Of a DNA stretch of 64,000 nt, positions 21,384-31,467 are shown one piece after another. Below the pieces are notes generated by a model that saw nothing but the letters and a program-made list of their open reading frames with translations, had not been told where the DNA came from and did not search any database. The position numbers were made by a program, and so were the translations under genes. Each line of letters opens with the position of its first letter. Position 1 is the first letter of the stretch. The stretch lies in the NCBI GenBank assembly GCA_965602015.1, contig OZ271918.1, positions 3,552,001-3,616,000 on the forward strand, given 5' to 3'. This stretch comes from Salinispira sp. Lineage in GTDB: Bacteria; Spirochaetota; Spirochaetia; DSM-27196; Salinispiraceae.

Positions 21384-23885
21384 TTACCTCCCGACCGCTT
21401 TCTCTTCTGAAACCGCATGGATCATCGAATCTACCGAAGTGAATTTTGATGCAATCTTATGACTGGCCGACCCTTTGAGTCTTTCAGCGATGAGGATTTT
21501 CTCAAGCTGATGTTTGTCTACCGCGTCCGTAAAATCCAGCTTGCTGAGGCCAGGGCTCAGGTCCTTTTCTGTATATGCTCTGGAGTAATCCGCAAGCAAA
21601 GCGTCCACTACCTGCCGGGCATCGGTTTTATTTGTGCCGATTATTCCGCTTGGGCCCCGGCGGATCCATCCGGAACAGTATAGTCCCGGTTCCACCCGGC
21701 CATCGCTGCTCATCACCCTGCCCGAGGCGTTGTGAATTATTCCATGTTTGTCCTGCAGCGGAATTCCGTCTACTGCCTCGCTTCGGTAGCCAATGGAAGG
21801 AATCAGCAGGTTGCATTGAACATCGCTGAACAGTCGGGTGCCCGAAGGATGAGACCCTGAAGCTTCGTCATGGTTTTGAGTTTTTTCAAAGCGTACGGAT
21901 TTTACCCTGGAGTGTCCGTTAACCTGTCGCGGTGACTTATGGAAGTGAAATCTCAGTTCAATTGTTTTTATTGTTCTCCCGCGGTAATCCGCCTGGTACT
22001 TCCCCGAATCAATATCACGAAATATTTCTCGCAGAGCCTCTGAGTTGCCCTGTGTAGCTTCAGGCATTATGGATGAAGATTCAGACAGTTCTTCCTTCTC
22101 AAGGTACTCCCCATCGATAACCGGGTTCACGTTGGGAAGTTCAACCAGCTCTAGTAATTCTTTCGGGGTGAAGTTCGCATTGCCAGGTCCCCTTCGCCCG
22201 ATTATGTGAATTTCTTTACACCGGATTGACGATAATCTGCGAAGAGCTGATTCGCAGATATCGCTGCGCTCGAGCTGGGCGGCGTCCTTGGCAAGCATCC
22301 TGGCGCAATCCAGAGCCACATTTCCCATCCCGATAATAACAACTGAGCGGGCTTTTGCAGGTATAGCCGCATCCTGCTCTTCCGGGTGACCGTTGTACCA
22401 TCCAACAAAATCCGGCGCGCTAATACAGCCCGAAAGCTCTTCACCCGGTATGCCCAGGGATCGGCCATGTGATGCTCCGGTGCTGATAATAATTCCGTCG
22501 TACATCTTCCTCAGTCTGTCGAGTTCAACATCCCGCCCGAGCCGTACGTTCCCGAAAAAGTTCACTCGACGGTGTCTGAGAATGTCATGGAAATAAAATG
22601 CCTTTGACTTTACCTCCCGATGGTCAGGCGCCACCCCGTAGCGGACAAGACCGAACGGTACCGGGAGTGCCTCGATGATGTCGACTTTGGTTTGTCCGGT
22701 TTTCCTGAGGATGTCTTCAGCAGCGAACAGTCCCGCCGGTCCAGCGCCGATAATGGCTATCCGCCTGGGTTCCCGAGCATTCGACTGCACTACTGAAGCG
22801 GCGCTTTGCGGTTCAGACTCATTGAGTTGTTTTTGACGGGACTGCCACCGGTTTTTGATTTTTTTGTATTGCCCCGAGATAAATGGACATGCCCTGATAC
22901 ATTCGCTGCAGCCGAGGGTTTGACTAAAATAGGCGAAGCATTTTTCTTTGCTGATGGTTTCGGCCCTCGGCCGGTCCCCGAAAGCGCCATTTTTTACTAT
23001 TTTCGGCTCCGGATAAATTGCGCCGGTGGGGCATTCGCGCTCACAATTGCGACAGCTCATGCAAAAATCATCTATCCAGGCATGCGAGTCTGAGTCGGTA
23101 ACCTTGAACACCCGCCCCTGGACGTAAATCGGCGAAATACGCTCCCGCATTCCCCATTCCGGCGTAATGAGCAAGCCGTTGTGGCCGATCCGGCCGAGGC
23201 CGGCTTTTTCCGCCAGAGGGACATAGTCGGTCAACCCGCCGTAGGGGTGATTCGCCTGGCAGATGACTCCCTCTTCACGCAACCACCGGGCTATATCGTT
23301 GCTGGCCTGACCGAGGCTGTTGTACACCCGTACAACTTCCCGGCCGGCATTCACGATGGGTTTGGCGTCAAACGCCTCCTTTCGCATTTCCTGTATGCAC
23401 ACCAGGGCATAGCTGAACGGTACGGCCTTGCCTTTAAAAATCATGTCAGGGGTGATTTCCGTAAATCCGAGTGTTACGGCGTGATTCTCCCAGGCATAAC
23501 GTTCCAATCGTTCCCACAGACCTCTGTTCGGCCAGGAATCGAGCAAGGTCTCATTCTGAGCCGGAAAACTGCCGTACTGTTCGAGGTGCTGAACATAGGG
23601 TTCAACGTCTGTGTAATTGATTGCCTGATTGGCCATCAGCCCGCGGATATTCGCTCCCATGGCCTTCGCGGTTTTGGCGAACTCCCCAAATCCGAATTGG
23701 GCGAACATCTTGGCCATATTCCGTCCGCGATTTATCGCGTCGGGGCGGGCGTGGTATTCCGGGCTGTCGAAGTACTCAAACCCTTCGGTCACCGCATCCT
23801 TGGGCGGCAGAATTATGGATTCGGGAAATCGGGATACCCGCTGTAGGTATTCGACTTCTTTTTTTGGTTTATGCGGGCCGGCCAT
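21384..23885 (-). CDS. Fusion: reductive dehalogenase/QueG-like (cobalamin, 2x4Fe-4S) domain + FprA/adrenodoxin-reductase-type ferredoxin-NADP+ reductase
   Basis: N-half AGLGRIGHNGLLITPEWG.R, CMSCRNCERECP, C-x9-CSECIRACP; C-half GAGPAG, GLVRYGVAPDH, GMGNVALDCAR, GWIRRGPSGIIGTNK. Confidence 0.85.
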   Translation of the reverse strand: MAGPHKPKKEVEYLQRVSRFPESIILPPKDAVTEGFEYFDSPEYHARPDAINRGRNMAKMFAQFGFGEFAKTAKAMGANIRGLMANQAINYTDVEPYVQHLEQYGSFPAQNETLLDSWPNRGLWERLERYAWENHAVTLGFTEITPDMIFKGKAVPFSYALVCIQEMRKEAFDAKPIVNAGREVVRVYNSLGQASNDIARWLREEGVICQANHPYGGLTDYVPLAEKAGLGRIGHNGLLITPEWGMRERISPIYVQGRVFKVTDSDSHAWIDDFCMSCRNCERECPTGAIYPEPKIVKNGAFGDRPRAETISKEKCFAYFSQTLGCSECIRACPFISGQYKKIKNRWQSRQKQLNESEPQSAASVVQSNAREPRRIAIIGAGPAGLFAAEDILRKTGQTKVDIIEALPVPFGLVRYGVAPDHREVKSKAFYFHDILRHRRVNFFGNVRLGRDVELDRLRKMYDGIIISTGASHGRSLGIPGEELSGCISAPDFVGWYNGHPEEQDAAIPAKARSVVIIGMGNVALDCARMLAKDAAQLERSDICESALRRLSSIRCKEIHIIGRRGPGNANFTPKELLELVELPNVNPVIDGEYLEKEELSESSSIMPEATQGNSEALREIFRDIDSGKYQADYRGRTIKTIELRFHFHKSPRQVNGHSRVKSVRFEKTQNHDEASGSHPSGTRLFSDVQCNLLIPSIGYRSEAVDGIPLQDKHGIIHNASGRVMSSDGRVEPGLYCSGWIRRGPSGIIGTNKTDARQVVDALLADYSRAYTEKDLSPGLSKLDFTDAVDKHQLEKILIAERLKGSASHKIASKFTSVDSMIHAVSEEKAVGR

Positions 23886-23912
23886 TGCGCCCTCCTTTTT
23901 GCAGCTATGAAA

Positions 23913-23960
23913 AGTGACACGTGTCACTCTATGGGTAGAAGACTATCATGACACGTGTCA
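23913..23960. promoter_or_regulatory. Two perfect palindromes TGACACGTGTCA (23915-23926, 23949-23960), probable TetR operators
   Basis: Located between the tetR stop and the RBS of the fusion gene; the first extends to AGTGACACGTGTCACT. Confidence 0.75.
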
Positions 23961-23980
23961 CTTTTCAAGAAAAAAAATGA

Positions 23981-24592
23981 TTATTGCACAAAACTGCGCT
24001 TCAAAATGGCAAGCTTGGCTCGCAGCAGCCGGATTGCGTCTTCCTTTGCCATTTCACCTTCCAATACGGAAAATATCGCTTTTTTGCCGGTAGCGAACAG
24101 CAGCTCGAGGAGGGCCCGCAGTTCAAGTTCATCCTTGACTCCTAGCTTGGGATCTCTCATAAGACTCATAATGTATTCGTCCTGGGAATACACCGAATTG
24201 AGATACGAGTTAAACAGCGATGAACCGGTCTGGCTTTGTGAAATATTTTTCAGAAATGCGGCCTCGGGTTCGTTCTCCTCAAGAACGCTTATAAGATTGA
24301 TATCTTTAGATACCTGAAGACTGATAAGGTCGAAAATCGTTTCGGCATCCCGCCGCTCCAATCTATCGAATTTCCCGTCGAGAAAGCTTTTCACCCGCTG
24401 GAGAAGGTAAACACATAAATCTTCCTTTCCGTCGAAATACTGGTAGAAGCTCCCCCGGGGGATTCCCGCCTCCTCGACGATGTGCTTGACCGAGACCTGT
24501 TCCAATGGAACCCGGGCATATTCTTTCATCGCGGAGGCGATAACCCGCTCGCGCTTGTTTTCGGTCAAATTAAAAAAAGTCTCGCTAGGCAT
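23981..24592 (-). CDS. TetR/AcrR family regulator
   Basis: MPSETFFNL, AGIPRGSFYQYFDGKEDL. Confidence 0.92.
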   Translation of the reverse strand: MPSETFFNLTENKRERVIASAMKEYARVPLEQVSVKHIVEEAGIPRGSFYQYFDGKEDLCVYLLQRVKSFLDGKFDRLERRDAETIFDLISLQVSKDINLISVLEENEPEAAFLKNISQSQTGSSLFNSYLNSVYSQDEYIMSLMRDPKLGVKDELELRALLELLFATGKKAIFSVLEGEMAKEDAIRLLRAKLAILKRSFVQ

Positions 24593-24696
24593 AGTGCCCC
24601 GTATTGTACATCAGGGATGGGAAAACAAACAGTCAGCGCGCATACATACTCGGCTTCCGGGTGAAGCAGGACGCATTCACCCTGCGCAGTTTTCGG

Positions 24697-25497
24697 TCAG
24701 CCGGAGGTTCGCTCTACGAAGTCCTCGATGTCGCTAATCACCTCTTCGCGGTTGAGTTCGTTCACCAGTTCATGCCGCGCTTCGGGGTATACTTTGATTG
24801 TTTTTTCCCGTGAAGGCATGGCCCAGGCGGCCTGCAGGCTGGTCTCAACCGGTACGAAGGGGTCCGCATCTCCGTGGAGAAAGAGAATTGGCATGGTGAG
24901 CCGGTCTATTTCCCGGTTGAAGCGGTCCAACGCGGCCATCTCCGCTTCGAGTAGCGCCCGTTTGTACCCCCCATGGTAAACCAGAGGATCCTCCGCATAG
25001 GCCCGCACCGTCTCGGGGTCCCGCGACATGCCGGCGGGGTCGCTGGACTCCCGGGGAAGTTCGGGCAGGGCCAGCACCTCCCTTGCCCAGTTCCAGTCGC
25101 CGATGACTGCGCCGAGGAAGCCGGCGCCTGCCAAGGTTTCGGGGTAGCGCTCGGCGTAGCGAGCGGTCAACAGTCCGCCCATGGAGTGGCCTATCATGAT
25201 CGGAGGTATGGGCCCGAAACGCTGCTGAGCGAGCTCCAACAGGGAGCGGAGGTCATCCACCACATGCTCAAAATCAGAAATCAGCGCCCGTTCCCCCGAG
25301 CTCCTGCCGTGCCCGATATGATCCGGAGCGTACACCGCTGCTCCCGAGCCGCAGAGCCTCTCGGCGACATGGGCGTAACGTCCGCCGTGCTCCGCATAGC
25401 CGTGAACCAAAATTACGATCCGTTCGGCCCTGCCGTCGGGCTCCCACAGGTGATAAAATACTGATCCCTCGCTTCCTTCGAAACTTCCGGTTCTCAT
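24697..25497 (-). CDS. Alpha/beta hydrolase (lysophospholipase-like)
   Basis: HGYAEH, GHGRS, GHSMGG, HEL. Confidence 0.9.
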   Translation of the reverse strand: MRTGSFEGSEGSVFYHLWEPDGRAERIVILVHGYAEHGGRYAHVAERLCGSGAAVYAPDHIGHGRSSGERALISDFEHVVDDLRSLLELAQQRFGPIPPIMIGHSMGGLLTARYAERYPETLAGAGFLGAVIGDWNWAREVLALPELPRESSDPAGMSRDPETVRAYAEDPLVYHGGYKRALLEAEMAALDRFNREIDRLTMPILFLHGDADPFVPVETSLQAAWAMPSREKTIKVYPEARHELVNELNREEVISDIEDFVERTSG

Positions 25498-25574
25498 GGT
25501 TTGTCCTTCAATTCTTATTATTAATAGCATCGGAGACTGTCCATCTCATTCGCTCACCCTTTCTATGGACATTT

Positions 25575-26366
25575 TTAATCCGAAATTTTTATTGACTTGA
25601 GAAAAGAGTAATACGCCCGGTTAAAATCTTCCGGGTTATCAATATTTGCATTGTGGTTTGCATAGGGAATACTATAAATTTGGTGGCCGCCGGTACTGGC
25701 GAAGCGGTTTGAGTAGGTCTGAACTTTTCCCGCCCTGTCTTTTTCTCCGTAGCTGATGAATATCGGCATAGATAACTCAATCGGTTTGACATTGTATTCT
25801 TTCACTGCTTTATAGACCTCTGCCATTATTTCCATGATTTTGCGCTTTCCCAGACCGGATAGTGATGTGTGCATGTGCCTCCGGCCTTCTTCAGTTTCTG
25901 AAACGTTGCGTGCTATCGAATTTATTAAGATCTTTTCCGGATACAATTTCAGAATAGCTGGCGTAACAGATAACCAGAACATATCAGAACTACTATATTG
26001 TCCTTGGCCGATGGGTGTTGATCCAATTAATGCAATACTGGCCACCATATCGGGATATGAGTCGGCGAACATTTGGCAAATGTATCCGCCCATTGACTGT
26101 CCGGCAAAATGTGCTGACGAAATGTTTTCTCGATCCATTATCTGTTTGAGAAGAAGTACGGCACGATTCATAGAAATATCAGTCATACCCGCAGACGCGC
26201 CATGTCCGGGGACATCCCATGTCAACACCGAATAGTAATTGGAAAAAAAACGGACCTGATGCCTGAACAGATCTGAGTCAGCGGTCGCCCCATGGGTAAA
26301 TATTATCCAGTCTTTTCCCGAACCGTTGAGCTGATATGAAACACTCTGAAACGTTTTGGTGATCAT
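25575..26366 (-). CDS. Alpha/beta hydrolase
   Basis: HG, D.PGHG, GQSMGG, GEKD, HNAN. Confidence 0.9.
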   Translation of the reverse strand: MITKTFQSVSYQLNGSGKDWIIFTHGATADSDLFRHQVRFFSNYYSVLTWDVPGHGASAGMTDISMNRAVLLLKQIMDRENISSAHFAGQSMGGYICQMFADSYPDMVASIALIGSTPIGQGQYSSSDMFWLSVTPAILKLYPEKILINSIARNVSETEEGRRHMHTSLSGLGKRKIMEIMAEVYKAVKEYNVKPIELSMPIFISYGEKDRAGKVQTYSNRFASTGGHQIYSIPYANHNANIDNPEDFNRAYYSFLKSIKISD

Positions 26367-26458
26367 GATTTTCTCCTGTTGCTCCCATCAATCAGAATTA
26401 TAGTATGAATTTCCGGCCGGATTTGCTGAACTTTGCCGCATTCCGTATATTTCCCCCT

Positions 26459-27319
26459 ATGAACAGTGATGAACCCCTCCGGAGATTGGAGTGCTTCTCA
26501 TCCGCGGCGGATATCTGCATCCGCGATTTGCGGAGTGATTATTGGGGTCCCAATGGCCTCCAAACCCCGGTGCGCAATGATTATTACGCGGTGTTGTGGC
26601 CACAATCCGATAGCGATTTGAACATGCAGATTGATTTCGTCAGCCATGAAGTCAGCCGGGATTCGCTGTTTTTTATCCTACCCCGGCAGGTTCATCGCAT
26701 GGAGGGAGATACAGCCCTGCTGGGCAAGGCTATTTGTTTCACTGAAGACTTCCTGTCGAAGAGTGAAATATCCCCTTCGTTTATCGCGGGACTAAAAATT
26801 TTCAGCAACCAGCTGCAGAACGAGGCTCTCAGGGTGGATTCTTCCCGGGTGGAGAAGCTGTCGTTTTACCTGGAGGAGATGAGCTCGGCCCTGGAAGATC
26901 GGGGGGATTTCTCCGTTCTGAGTCTTGGGGCGCTGCTCAAGCTCTTCCTCATCGAGTGCACCGGCATGTGCGATGCTGATGTCGATTTGGGAGCTTCGGG
27001 ACCGCTTCTGCTGCTTAAGCGCTTCAAGGATTGCGTCGAGAGAAGTTTCCAGCAGGAGCACAGTGTGTCGCACTACGCAGAAGCATTGGCGGTGTCCCCC
27101 GGGTATCTCAATGAAGTGGTAAAGAAGCACAGCGGGTACACTCCAAAACAGTATATTCAAAAGCGTATTGTTCTCGAAGCAAAGAGAATGCTGCGTTTCA
27201 GCGATATCCGGGTTAACGAATTGGCGTCCGCTCTCGGATTTGATGATCCTCAGTATTTCAGCAGGTGCTTCAAACAGGAAACCGGCCTGACGGTAACCCA
27301 GTTTTCCCGGCAAAGCTGA
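26459..27319 (+). CDS. AraC family regulator
   Basis: LGFDDPQYFSRCFKQETG; start inferred at 26459. Confidence 0.9.
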   Translation: MNSDEPLRRLECFSSAADICIRDLRSDYWGPNGLQTPVRNDYYAVLWPQSDSDLNMQIDFVSHEVSRDSLFFILPRQVHRMEGDTALLGKAICFTEDFLSKSEISPSFIAGLKIFSNQLQNEALRVDSSRVEKLSFYLEEMSSALEDRGDFSVLSLGALLKLFLIECTGMCDADVDLGASGPLLLLKRFKDCVERSFQQEHSVSHYAEALAVSPGYLNEVVKKHSGYTPKQYIQKRIVLEAKRMLRFSDIRVNELASALGFDDPQYFSRCFKQETGLTVTQFSRQS

Positions 27320-27432
27320 GATTCTTCCATATTTTCCCGGGTTTTCTCCAATGACGACGGCATGGACTATTCCTATATTTGCCGTATCCACCGCCGATAC
27401 GCCGGCGGGAAATGCAATAAAGGAGAAACACT

Positions 27433-28395
27433 ATGGAAAACTCAATTAACGGATTGCACCACATAACCGCATTAGCGGCCCATCCCCAGGACAACTTCGA
27501 TTTCTATACCGGAGTTCTCGGTCTCAGGCTGGTTAAAAAAACGGTGAATTTCGACGCTCCGGATGTTTATCATCTGTATTTTGCTGACGAGTTCGGCACG
27601 CCGGGAACCGTCCTCACCTTTTTTCCCTTTCCACATGCCCGGCCCGGTACGCGGGGAGCCGGAGAAGCCAATGCGGTGATGTTCTCCGTTCCCTCGGGGA
27701 GTCTTGCGTTCTGGAAACAGCGCCTTGAAACCCTTGATGTGGGCATAGCAGAAGAGGGTCGTCGATTCGACCGCGATTTCATCGGGTTTGATGATCCCGA
27801 AGGGATGCGTATCGAGATTACCGAAGACGAGGTTGCACACCTTCCCGGATGGGAAACCGGCAGCGTACCCCGGCAGCACTCTCTGCGGAAGTTTTTCGGA
27901 ACCAGGGTTTTGCTCCGCGACGCCGAGGCCACAAAGACCCTGCTTCTCGAACACATGGGCTTACGTTTCTTTGAGCGGGATGGACAGATTGAGCGCTTTG
28001 CCTCGGGTGAAGGAGATACCCGGGCGTACTTCGACATAGAGACCAATGCTCAAGCACCGATGGCCCGCCAGTCCGCCGGTTCCATTCATCATATCGCCTG
28101 GAGAACCGCAAACGATGAAAATCAGCTTTCATGGATGAATCTTCTGAATCAGAAGGGTTATTCGGTAACGCCGGTGATCGACCGCAACTATTTTCATTCC
28201 ATTTATTACCGCGAGCCCGGCGGCGTGCTGTTCGAAATTGCCACCGACAATCCGGGTTTCGCCGTGGATGAAGAACTGCACGAGCTGGGATTACATCTCA
28301 AACTGCCCGGGCAATACGAATCGCAGCGGGCGGAAATCGAGCGGCTGCTTATACCCCTGAATCAGCAGAGCGGGGCGAAGGAGGCTGCGCGGTGA
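27433..28395 (+). CDS. Ring-cleaving dioxygenase (VOC/glyoxalase, MhqO-like)
   Basis: GLHHIT, KKTVNFD, YHLYF, HHIAWR, DRNYFHSIYYREPGGVLFEIATD. Confidence 0.9.
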   Translation: MENSINGLHHITALAAHPQDNFDFYTGVLGLRLVKKTVNFDAPDVYHLYFADEFGTPGTVLTFFPFPHARPGTRGAGEANAVMFSVPSGSLAFWKQRLETLDVGIAEEGRRFDRDFIGFDDPEGMRIEITEDEVAHLPGWETGSVPRQHSLRKFFGTRVLLRDAEATKTLLLEHMGLRFFERDGQIERFASGEGDTRAYFDIETNAQAPMARQSAGSIHHIAWRTANDENQLSWMNLLNQKGYSVTPVIDRNYFHSIYYREPGGVLFEIATDNPGFAVDEELHELGLHLKLPGQYESQRAEIERLLIPLNQQSGAKEAAR

Positions 28396-28772
28396 TAATC
28401 ACTCGAGTGTACACCGATTCTGCGGGGGATTCCCGGTTCCAGGAGCTGGACATCCCCTTACAAAGCGCCGGCGAAATCGGCCGGCTCAGCGAGCGCTTAC
28501 CCGCGGTCTCCCTGATTTTTAGGGAGACCGGCGGGGACTATGACTATGACTTCCACAACGCTCCCCAGCGGCAGGTCATCGCACTGCTCGACGGGGTAAT
28601 TGAAATCGAGACGAGCGCCGGCGAGTCCCGCCGGTTCTCCGCTGGCGACCTGCTTCTCGTCGAGGATACCCGGGGAAAGGGTCATAAAACCAAAAGCGTG
28701 GACGGCAATCTTCGCCGGTCGCTGTTTATTACTTTGGAGGAAGGTTATGACATATCGAAAATCCTACAATGA
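28392..28772 (+). CDS. Cupin domain protein
   Basis: HNAPQRQ, EDTRGKGH. Confidence 0.75.
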   Translation: MIITRVYTDSAGDSRFQELDIPLQSAGEIGRLSERLPAVSLIFRETGGDYDYDFHNAPQRQVIALLDGVIEIETSAGESRRFSAGDLLLVEDTRGKGHKTKSVDGNLRRSLFITLEEGYDISKILQ

Positions 28773-29475
28773 CATTGATGGAAGAGCCGAGTTAGCCGTC
28801 GAGCCGTTTACCGGCCCCCATAGCCGGGAGGGCATGCTTCTTTACGGCTCTTCTGCAGACGATGCGGATAAAGCAGTCATTCTCATCCACGGCAGGGGCG
28901 CAAGCCCCGAGTCAATGATACCCCTCATCGATGAACTGCACCCCGATGCTGCTGATGCAAATATTCTCTACGTACTTCCCGCTGCCAGCGGTTCCCAGTG
29001 GTACCCCCAGCGCTTTATTGCACCGAGAAGCGCCAACGAGCCCGGGCTTTCAAGCGCTTTGGACCTCATCGGCGCGACCGTAAAGGCCCTGGAAGCTCTT
29101 GGGCTGGGCAAGGAGCGCATGTATATTGGCGGGTTTTCCCAGGGCGCGTGCCTCTCGTTGGACTACGCCGCGAGAAATCCAGAGCGCTACGGTGGGGTTT
29201 TTGCGTTGAGCGGAGGACTCATCGGCGACAGCCTAAACACCTTGGATTATGGAATAGGAGAGTCTGCCGCCGCGGGGAACCACATGGAGAATACGCCGGT
29301 TTTCCTCGGCTGTTCAGATGTGGATTTTCATATACCCCTCAGCAGGGTAAAGGAAAGCTCCGCGGTCTTTGAAAAACTCGGCGCAGAGGTAGACGAACGC
29401 ATCTACCCTGGGATGGGGCACACGGTAAACGGCGATGAAATTGCAGCCCTGCAGGCCATGATCCTCGGAGAGTAG
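28747..29475 (+). CDS. Phospholipase/carboxylesterase (MhqD-like)
   Basis: IHGRG, GFSQGA, D.HIP, GH; start ATG 28747 after GGAGG. Confidence 0.85.
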   Translation: MTYRKSYNDIDGRAELAVEPFTGPHSREGMLLYGSSADDADKAVILIHGRGASPESMIPLIDELHPDAADANILYVLPAASGSQWYPQRFIAPRSANEPGLSSALDLIGATVKALEALGLGKERMYIGGFSQGACLSLDYAARNPERYGGVFALSGGLIGDSLNTLDYGIGESAAAGNHMENTPVFLGCSDVDFHIPLSRVKESSAVFEKLGAEVDERIYPGMGHTVNGDEIAALQAMILGE

Positions 29476-29491
29476 ATGAAGAAGCCTGCGC

Positions 29492-31117
29492 TTAGGAAGC
29501 CACCATCAGATAGGCCCCCAGGGACGTAAAAAAGACCGTCACCCCTATCATGACTGTGGAGAATGACGGTCGGCTTTTGATGAGCTTTACGCGAAATCCA
29601 TCCAATGGGCTTATAATCCTGGTTATAATGGCAGCCACAGCAAGGGTTGCGAGGTATATGATGAGTTTTTCGATAGTAAATGCCCCGGAAACCGAGATGT
29701 CGGAATTAAGCAGGAAGGAAATTATGGGTTCGGCAAGTATTCCGAATACGAAGCTTGCGATTCCCAGAATCATGATAACCGTGGTGGTGAACAGGTCGGG
29801 TTGGCGCACAGTCCTCGACTCGGAGCTTTTCTCGGGTTGCTCCGGTGCGCCAAATAAAATTCTTCCGAATCTGAAGAAGGTGACTGTGGTTCCCACATTG
29901 ACCAGTGCCATGGCCAGATAGAAGGGGCTCAATGAGAGCGAACCCTGAATCAGGTACTTGCTGATGCTGCCGTTGAAGACCGGGGTTCCGATTATCCCCA
30001 GAATACCCATCAACATCGACAGTCCCAACAACGGATATCGCCGGAGCACGCCCCGAATGCGGGCGATTTCCTTGGTTCCGTAGATGTGTATTACCATGCC
30101 CGCCGACAGGAACAACAGCGCTTTTACTATCGCGTGGTTGACGATGTGCAGGATGCTTCCATAAAACTGGGTTTCGCTTCCCAGCGACGCGCCTATAATA
30201 ATGAGGCCGACCTGGGAGATCGTGGAATACGCCAGTACGAGCTTGAGGGTTCTTTGGTTCAACGCCAGGAATACGCCGATTATCGCCGTGGCGAAACCGA
30301 ATACCACGAAATAATCGCCTACAGGCAATGCGCCGGAAAAGAGCGTCATCCAGCGAATCAGAAGGTATACCCCGGCCTTAACCTGCACTCCCGAGAGGGC
30401 GGCGGAAACCATGGAAGGTGCACTCGGCGCGCCGTGGGCCGACGGCAGCCAGGTAAAAAGCAAAAACAGCGCCGCCTTCATCGCGATACCGGTGACGATC
30501 AGGGAGAACGGCAAAATGAGCGCCCGCGGCTGGGCGACGCTTGCCAGAGCCTGGGAAAGCTGTTGGAAATCAAGGGTCCCGAAGGTCCGGTAAACAAATC
30601 CGATTCCCAGCAGCATGAAGCTCATGCTCGCCAGGTTCATCATCAGATATATCATTCCGTCATAAAGGGTCTGCTTATCGTGCTTGAACATAATCAATAT
30701 GCTCACAACCAAGGTGGACAGTTCCAGAAGCACATAGATATTAAACAGATCTCTGGACAGAAACAGGCCAATCATCAGACCTTGAAGGGTCATGAATAGA
30801 AATAAGAAAATCCTGTCCATGTAGAGCTTTCGCCGGTTGTACACAATAAGCAGAAAGAACAGCCAGCCGACCACCGCGGTCATGAGGGAGGACACGATGT
30901 CCGCCGACAAGCCGATTCCCACTCCTGCGGGGAGGGGGCCAAAAATATGTTCGACAGGTCCCAGATTACGCACCCTGACCAGGAGCATAGTGACCAGCAC
31001 AACCTGCCCGGTCTGAATGATGTATAACAAGGAAGCAAAGACCCGTTTTCGGAAAAAATATCCCGCCGCGGCGGCAAAAATGGGGAGAATTACCGGAAGC
31101 CAGAGAAGGGAATTCAT
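29492..31117 (-). CDS. mrpD: Mrp/Mnh Na+/H+ antiporter subunit D
   Basis: DLFNIYVLLELST, WLPSAH, AYSTISQVG, NHAIVK, SISK. Confidence 0.85.
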   Translation of the reverse strand: MNSLLWLPVILPIFAAAAGYFFRKRVFASLLYIIQTGQVVLVTMLLVRVRNLGPVEHIFGPLPAGVGIGLSADIVSSLMTAVVGWLFFLLIVYNRRKLYMDRIFLFLFMTLQGLMIGLFLSRDLFNIYVLLELSTLVVSILIMFKHDKQTLYDGMIYLMMNLASMSFMLLGIGFVYRTFGTLDFQQLSQALASVAQPRALILPFSLIVTGIAMKAALFLLFTWLPSAHGAPSAPSMVSAALSGVQVKAGVYLLIRWMTLFSGALPVGDYFVVFGFATAIIGVFLALNQRTLKLVLAYSTISQVGLIIIGASLGSETQFYGSILHIVNHAIVKALLFLSAGMVIHIYGTKEIARIRGVLRRYPLLGLSMLMGILGIIGTPVFNGSISKYLIQGSLSLSPFYLAMALVNVGTTVTFFRFGRILFGAPEQPEKSSESRTVRQPDLFTTTVIMILGIASFVFGILAEPIISFLLNSDISVSGAFTIEKLIIYLATLAVAAIITRIISPLDGFRVKLIKSRPSFSTVMIGVTVFFTSLGAYLMVAS

Positions 31118-31467
31118 TCGTGGGCCCGCTTGAGCACGGTTTCCCAATCGGCGCTGCCGTATCTGCGGAACAGGGTGATAAACATCGCCAGGCTCACTGC
31201 CGAGACGGCGATGCCGATTACAATTGCGGTTATCATCAGGGCCTGGGGCAGGGGATCGGCCACCGGTGAGCCGTCAAGGGGAAGCACCGGGGGAATCGAA
31301 TCGGGTACATAGTTTACGGTTATGAGAAACAGTATGGCTCCGACATCCATCACGTTGACCGCAATTATGGTCCGGACGATGTTTTTCTGGGTGAGTAATC
31401 CGAGAAGACCGACGAAAAACAGCACGATGCTCACATTTTGAGCGGATATAATCAGGGACAAATCCAT
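31114..31467 (-). CDS. mrpC: Mrp/Mnh subunit C
   Basis: DPLPQALMITAIVIG. Confidence 0.92.
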   Translation of the reverse strand: MDLSLIISAQNVSIVLFFVGLLGLLTQKNIVRTIIAVNVMDVGAILFLITVNYVPDSIPPVLPLDGSPVADPLPQALMITAIVIGIAVSAVSLAMFITLFRRYGSADWETVLKRAHE

